A program made the position numbers and the translations under genes. From positions 79,691-132,627 of the forward strand of contig JACOZN010000013.1 of NCBI GenBank assembly GCA_016181305.1: a stretch of 52,937 nucleotides of DNA, read 5' to 3'. Below, one piece after another: positions 47,179 to 52,937 of this stretch. How positions within the stretch are numbered: the stretch's first letter is position 1; every line of letters starts with the position of its first letter. This DNA comes from Candidatus Woesearchaeota archaeon (GTDB lineage Archaea; Nanobdellota; Nanobdellia; Woesearchaeales; GW2011-AR4). Below the pieces are notes generated by a model. The model made no database searches and was not told the origin of the DNA. It saw only the letters and a list, made by a program, of their open reading frames with translations.

Positions 47179-47414
47179 AACAAAAGAGTTCGCTGGAATG
47201 TATAAAAAGGTTGCGGAATGGAAAGGTATATATATTAGTATACAGAGATTATAAAGAGGCGATTTAAAGAGGGGCAAGAGTTTGAGAAGAGTAGGTGCGT
47301 CAGTGCAAATTAAGCGGAACGACCATCTAAAAAGAGGAAATTCTGTCGTTTTAAATAAACCAATAAAAATTAGTGATTCTAGGAGCTAAAGGTGAGACTA
47401 GTATTTGAAGCAAA

Positions 47415-48770
47415 ATGGCAGAAGCAAAAATAAAGGTGTTGGAATCTCCTTACACAACAAGGACAGCTATATTGTCACTTAAGCGCGCTCATAGGGGCGG
47501 TCTAGTGGAAGCTATTGACCGTACAATTGAGGAGTCTAGATATTTTGATATTAAACCATATATGTGTGATATTAAAGAATCTATGGTTTTACCTAATGAA
47601 TTTATGGGTTTACCATACGAAGAAAAGCCATGCGTACTAAGACCAGGAAATGAGGCAGCAACAACAAGAGAATTCGCAAGAGTTGATAGCCATGGAAATT
47701 TAATTGTTCACCCCAATTACATATTTCCTGGAGAGAGAGGATGGCTACAGGATCCTTGGGTTATGAGGGTTATCGAGAATAAAAATCCTTTAGTAGACAG
47801 AGAGGACTTCTTCACTGGGGAAATTTATGAAAATCATAGAGAGAGCGGCGTAGTGGACAGAATGGATGCAAAGGGTAAAGACTGGATGATAATACCTAGC
47901 CCATACCATATCGTTCCTGTTTATAAGCTTGACTTCGAGACTTTAACTATAATTGAACAAATCTTTACGGCAAGAGAGCTTAAAGATCCGGACATTATGT
48001 ATGTTGTAGTGGGAAGCAACAATGCTGGACTGCCAAAAAAAGTAATGCCTCCGTTTTTGCTAAGACATAATTATAATAATCTTGCAGACAGAGTAAGGTC
48101 TATGATGAATGGTCATGCAAATGAAGCTGAAAAGGATATAAAAGCTCTTGAGGAATTAAAAATTTATTCGGAAGGGTATTATGAGCCTGCCGGAGATAGG
48201 TCAGGAAATTCTCAAACACATCCTCACGATAGGGTGATTTCACTTCCATTGTTATCAAAGTGGGTTGAAGAAGGCTACAAAAGGACAGAGGAAAAGGCTA
48301 GAAGCAACGGCAGAACATCTTTTTACGATTACCTTAAAAAAGCGAACTTAGTCATAGAAGAGGGCAAGTATTTCGCCTTGGTCGCCGACCCTGTGCCAGA
48401 ATTCAATGGAGGCTTATTGGTAATTTCAAGATATAGGCAAAATATCACTGAGATGGATGAATCAGAATTAAAGGAATTGGGACAATTAAGAAGGTTGGGA
48501 AGGGTAATACTAGAAATATTGTATAATGGTGTAGCCTCCAATGATTATACAATACAAACTTTCAATGACGAACGCATAAAATACAGTAATACTAGGTTTA
48601 GCCTTTCTCTTGTACCGAGGAAAAGTGTTCAGGCAGTTTTAGAGCTAAGCACAAAAATTGTTGGGCTAGATACGGATCCTAAAGAGCTAGCTGGGACCAT
48701 GAAATACTTGAAGGAACGCATAATAAGGCAGCCTCAAATGTATCAAACCCAATTAGCAAATAGATTTTAA
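47415..48770 (+). CDS. Divergent GalT/HIT-superfamily nucleotidyltransferase-like protein with N-terminal extension
   Basis: SGNSQTHPHDR (GxSxxHPH), followed by a GalT-like C-terminal half; AT-richer than its neighbours. Confidence 0.6.
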   Translation: MAEAKIKVLESPYTTRTAILSLKRAHRGGLVEAIDRTIEESRYFDIKPYMCDIKESMVLPNEFMGLPYEEKPCVLRPGNEAATTREFARVDSHGNLIVHPNYIFPGERGWLQDPWVMRVIENKNPLVDREDFFTGEIYENHRESGVVDRMDAKGKDWMIIPSPYHIVPVYKLDFETLTIIEQIFTARELKDPDIMYVVVGSNNAGLPKKVMPPFLLRHNYNNLADRVRSMMNGHANEAEKDIKALEELKIYSEGYYEPAGDRSGNSQTHPHDRVISLPLLSKWVEEGYKRTEEKARSNGRTSFYDYLKKANLVIEEGKYFALVADPVPEFNGGLLVISRYRQNITEMDESELKELGQLRRLGRVILEILYNGVASNDYTIQTFNDERIKYSNTRFSLSLVPRKSVQAVLELSTKIVGLDTDPKELAGTMKYLKERIIRQPQMYQTQLANRF

Positions 48771-50638
48771 ACCACCAGCCTAATCTTCTCCTTCCTGTTT
48801 AAGGCTTCCATCAGCCTTCTGCCGATGCTGTTGTTTTTCTTTATCTTTATTAAGCCGGTTTTGCCAGCCTTTGCGCTGAGAACAAACTCCTCATTTACAT
48901 AAATATCAATATCACGGTTCTGCATGTCAATTCCAAGCTCTATCATCAGATTGTTCTTCTTGTGGCTTATCTCGAAAGGCACTTCCCTGCCTTCTTTTGC
49001 AGCGCCCTTTGCAGCAGAGCCGTATTTTTCGTCTATGCTTTTTATATCGATCCCGATGCCAAGCTTTTTCTCCAGCCCCATTATGTTGGAGCCCTGCTTT
49101 CCTATGATTCTTGCGATATCCGCTTCCGGCACATAGACAATGCACTTGTTGTCGGAAAGCATTTCAACCTCAACATTCCTTGAGTAGTTTTGAAACTCCG
49201 CAAGAATTGTCGTTTCTGCCAGCTTGTGAGCTCCGCTTTTTCTCTCTTTGGTTTCCTGAACAGGTATAACAACTGTCTGCTCGCCGTAGCTGTAGATTTC
49301 ATACTCTAATTTGCCTGTTTCAAAATCATTGACGACAACAACCGGGCGCGCCAAGTCCGCCTCTGTCATCCCGGAAGGGACTTTTACTGTCATCTTTAAA
49401 GCCAAAACCTTGTTGATAAAGCCGTTTTTTATGAAGATAACTGTGTCAATAACCTGCGGAATGACTCCCATTTCAACCCTGCCTATGAATCTCTGGATTG
49501 CATCAACTGGAGAGGTTGCATGCACAACTCCGACCATGCCGACTCCTGCCAATCTTAAGTCTGCAAAAAGCTTGAAGTCATCTGTGTTCCTCATTTCGTC
49601 GAAGATTGTGTAGTCAGGTCTTGAAAGAAGCAAGATGTCATGAATTTCCTGTGCATCCCCATAGCTAATTGCGTATTGGGTTATGCTCTCGGGCAGTATC
49701 AAGTCTCTGGGGGCCTCTACAGTCTTTACAATCTTGTTTTGTGCTGCATAGTACTCTGCCAATGCCTGCGCAAAGGTTGTCTTGCCCATTCCTGGGGCGC
49801 CTGCAACCAAAACACCTTCTGCCTGCTCTGCAACCCTTTTCATCAGCTTTTCGCTTAATTTGTAATCATTCAAGCTTAGTTTTTTTACAGGGCGGACAGC
49901 GGTTATCTCCCATCCGTCTGAAAATGGGGGCCTTGTTATAACAATCCTGAACAAGCCAAGCTGCACAATGGTTGAGCCTGCCCTTTCGATTTCAATAAAG
50001 CCGTCTCTCCTTAATTTTGCATCCTCGATTATTTCCCGAGACATGTCCTGTATTTCTTCCTGCCTCAGCAATGCCTTTCTCAATTCCTTGAACTCCCACT
50101 TTCCGGGCATTCCTTTCTTTGCATAAGGAGGCACATTTTCCCTCAAATGAACACTCATTGTTGTCTCGTCAAAAAATCTCTCAAGCTTTAATTTTCTCAG
50201 CCCTTTTTCAGGGCGCTTGTAGTATATAGCTTTCATGCCCTTTGCCAAAGCAACCTCGCTCTGCACTTTATCTGATGTTATTAAAGTTGCATCCTCATCA
50301 AAAGCCAGCTGCCTGATCAATGAGTCAATTTCCCCCAAAGAAGCATGCCTTATTTCTGCTGCTTTTGGGCGCGAGCCTTTGAACGAAAGCTCAAACTGCT
50401 TTTCTGTCGAAAGCCTCTTTATCCTTTTGATTTCGTCCAAGCCGAGAAATCCAATGGCTTTGCCCATATTGGCCTGATGCTCAAGCTCTGCAATTACTGC
50501 TTCATGGATAATTATTTCGCTTGCCTTGATATGATTCTGCCTTATCCTTTCTGACAGCAATCCTTCAATAATGACAGAAGTGTCTGGCACGATTTTGTCT
50601 ATAATCTGTGTGCTTGTTTGTATATTTGTTTGTTCCAT
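48767..50638 (-). CDS. pina: PINA ATPase (PIN + ATPase + KH)
   Basis: VPDTSVII PIN, GAPGMGKTT, FDEMR, GVVHAT, IIGKQG KH. Confidence 0.92.
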   Translation of the reverse strand: MEQTNIQTSTQIIDKIVPDTSVIIEGLLSERIRQNHIKASEIIIHEAVIAELEHQANMGKAIGFLGLDEIKRIKRLSTEKQFELSFKGSRPKAAEIRHASLGEIDSLIRQLAFDEDATLITSDKVQSEVALAKGMKAIYYKRPEKGLRKLKLERFFDETTMSVHLRENVPPYAKKGMPGKWEFKELRKALLRQEEIQDMSREIIEDAKLRRDGFIEIERAGSTIVQLGLFRIVITRPPFSDGWEITAVRPVKKLSLNDYKLSEKLMKRVAEQAEGVLVAGAPGMGKTTFAQALAEYYAAQNKIVKTVEAPRDLILPESITQYAISYGDAQEIHDILLLSRPDYTIFDEMRNTDDFKLFADLRLAGVGMVGVVHATSPVDAIQRFIGRVEMGVIPQVIDTVIFIKNGFINKVLALKMTVKVPSGMTEADLARPVVVVNDFETGKLEYEIYSYGEQTVVIPVQETKERKSGAHKLAETTILAEFQNYSRNVEVEMLSDNKCIVYVPEADIARIIGKQGSNIMGLEKKLGIGIDIKSIDEKYGSAAKGAAKEGREVPFEISHKKNNLMIELGIDMQNRDIDIYVNEEFVLSAKAGKTGLIKIKKNNSIGRRLMEALNRKEKIRLVV

Positions 50639-50869
50639 AGTCGTTAATCACCTTAAAATTTTAATCAATAGAGAACTTTGAATAACCAACCATTTTGATG
50701 ATTTACATTCAAAGTTCTCTAAGAGAATTTTGACAGTTATATGTATTTTCAAAATTCTCAATAAGAAAGTCAAGTTAACTTTACCTCCTTAATAATGAAA
50801 GAATGGCTATTACTTTATAAAACTTTGGATTTTTATTTAATTACTATATAGAAAGATATTTTTAAATGG

Positions 50870-52893
50870 TTAAGTTTTATTGTTTGCTATATTGAAAATC
50901 AAAATAATTGTTTCAACACTTATACTTTCAAAATTATTAAAAACTAAAAGCAGCCTTTGCAACGGCGTTGCATCTGCCAATTCTATCGAGAATTCCCTGT
51001 TGGCATTGTATTTTTTTCCCAAGCCGTCAGAATAATCAACGTTTATTCTGTAATTATTTTTCCCGAATTTCAATTGCCTGCCCTCAAAAACCACGACAAA
51101 CTTCCTGCCCTCGCTTAATTCCCGCATGCTCCATTTCTTGCTAAGGCCATTTTGGGCAAGGATTACTTCAACATCTTTCGGGTTTGACTGCGATTTTTTT
51201 GTTAGTGCAAAAGAAACGCTGAAATTTTTATTGTAAGAGGCATTTGCCGGGAACTCCAGGTTTTCAATCTCAATGTTTGGAATGTCATTTACCTTAAAAT
51301 TCACGTAATCGGCTTTTGAGACAAGCTCGTTTCTTAATGTGACAGGAACTTCCCTTGAGCCGATTTTTAACTCGTCGATGTCAAATGTGACATTTTTTAA
51401 CTGCGAGATTCCAAGGCTTATTTTTTTGCATTCATCCTCAAAGCAGACATCAGCATCTTCGATAAAGACATTGCCTGTGTTCTTTGCATCGCAAGAAATG
51501 ATTGCATCTTCATACTCGTAAAACTCCTCTTTTGAGGATTTGCACTCCAAAACAACATTTCCGGAGTATTTTTTCTCTTTTTCCTCCTCCAATAACTTTG
51601 CTGCCTGCCCGACTTCCTCAAATGAGGCATAATCTTCCCTTGCGCTTGCTGCAAAGCTTGTTTCTGACGAGATGTTGTTTACAGTCCTTACCACCAGGGG
51701 AAACGTGTAAGAATATTTTTTATCCAAATCACCAAATCACCATCCAGCTTTAATATCCAGAATACCTTCTTTTTTTCATTTGGCAGCAGCAGAATGCTTT
51801 TCAGCTCCATTCCTATAATTTTGACCTCTTTTGGCTTGCTCAACTGAAGCTCGGTTGCATAGTAAAAATCATTGGGGTTTTCTATCGCTGCCTCAACCAG
51901 GTTGTAGGAGCCAAAGCTGATTGCATCTTTGAAAGCGGATGCCTCTAATTTTAACGAAGTCCTGTAGTAGCCTGCCTTTTCAATTGTATCGCCTTTTATG
52001 TCGAGCTTTCCTGTCTTTAAGTCAGCGTTCCTGCCTATCCAATTGTAATAAGTGGACGGCTCGTCAGAATCAACAGATTCCTTAAATTTTATATGGGTTG
52101 GGTCAACCCACCCGAATTCGCCGTAAGTTACGTCAAAAGGCACCCATCCGTAGCCCGGGAAATAAACCTCTGCCCAGCCATGCGAGCCCCAGTTTTCCGG
52201 GAAAAGCTCAGATTCAGTGTAAGAAAGCCCGGAAACAAACCTTGCAGGTATGCCGACTGCCCTTAAGAGTGCTATAAACAGCGAAGTCAGTTCATCGCAT
52301 ACACCCTGCCTGTTTTCCAGGACCCATGACGCTTTCTGGCTTACATCTGCCGTCAATGTGCTCAGGTTGTAGTTTATATTGTTTTTTGTCCAGTCGGCTA
52401 TTTTGAACACTGCTGAATACAAATCGTCTTCGCCCCTGGCAAGCTCGTTGGCAATTGATATTATGCCGTTGTTGCCTGAGTCAATTGTTTCGCTTGGCTT
52501 TGTGTACTGTATTATGTCTTCCGGCAGTTCCCCCACCGGAAACCTTATCTTTTCCCTTATTTCTGCTATTGTGTTCGTTGTTTTTACGTCTGCATCAAGG
52601 CTGAAGCCAATCCTGCCTTCCGGGTTTTTCCATGTGAACTTTAGCGAGTCCCCTGCAAGCTCTGCCTTTGGCTTTGTTTCAAACTTCAGCAATTTCTGGG
52701 CATATGACTGCTTTGGGAAGAATGTCATGTTGACAGCTGCGCTTTCGACGTAGCCGCTTGGCGTTAATGGAACAATTTCGGCATCCCCGTAAATTTTTAT
52801 GTTTGTGACTACGCTCTCGCTGTTATAGAACCAGTCTGCAAGAACAGAAGGGATTAATATGAATAGTGCAGCCAATAACACCAGTTTTTTCAT
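50870..52893 (-). pseudogene. Transglutaminase-domain surface protein split by an 8-bp duplication (ORFs 51688-52893 and 50870-51727)
   Basis: GVCDE / HGWAE / WVPFD triad; removing one AAATCACC copy (51726-51741) fuses both ORFs into 671 aa. Confidence 0.85.
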
Positions 52894-52937
52894 ATTAAAC
52901 AGAGCTAATATCTTGGTTTATAAGTTTTGTTGTTGGA

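Noticed and set aside
47179-47277. N-terminal extension of SerS
   Set aside because: SerS typically starts MLDIK; the extension covers promoter-like sequence

Overview
Archaeal chromosome segment, most likely DPANN/Woesearchaeota. This is inferred from carS, deoxyhypusine synthase, PINA ATPase, Cdc6/Orc1, BHB-type tRNA introns and TTTATAAA promoters; no marker phylogeny was run. Left arm (1-18.7 kb): rpiB, a phospholipid head-group cluster (carS, two double-domain CDP-alcohol phosphatidyltransferases, psd), a radical SAM gene, a small AT-rich accessory patch (HEPN-like ORF, VapBC, decayed Bro-N gene), slyD, bacterial-type leuCDB, tRNA-Asn (intron), tRNA-Ile, two Ig/PKD-repeat surface proteins and a Hel308 lacking its first RecA domain. 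Centre (18.8-33.85 kb): a ~15 kb AT-rich integrative element in tRNA-Arg(GCG). That tRNA carries a 21-nt TPsiC-loop intron, and the 16-bp att repeat (18783-18798 / 33836-33851) covers only the 3' exon. The element encodes a tyrosine integrase, two HEPN proteins (one ApeA-like), a Zn-finger/REase-like protein, a K+-channel-domain protein, many membrane proteins and a terminal operon of Sm-like protein, family-A/TV-Pol-like polymerase and four-helix-bundle (Avd/IVP-like) protein. No capsid, terminase or conjugation gene was recognised. Right arm: pirin/zf-UBP/flavin reductase/nitroreductase/PadR cluster, HAD, dys, tatD, tsaC, acyP, dienelactone hydrolase, cdc6 preceded by a multi-hairpin element, serS, a divergent GalT/HIT protein, PINA, and a transglutaminase gene split by an 8-bp duplication.
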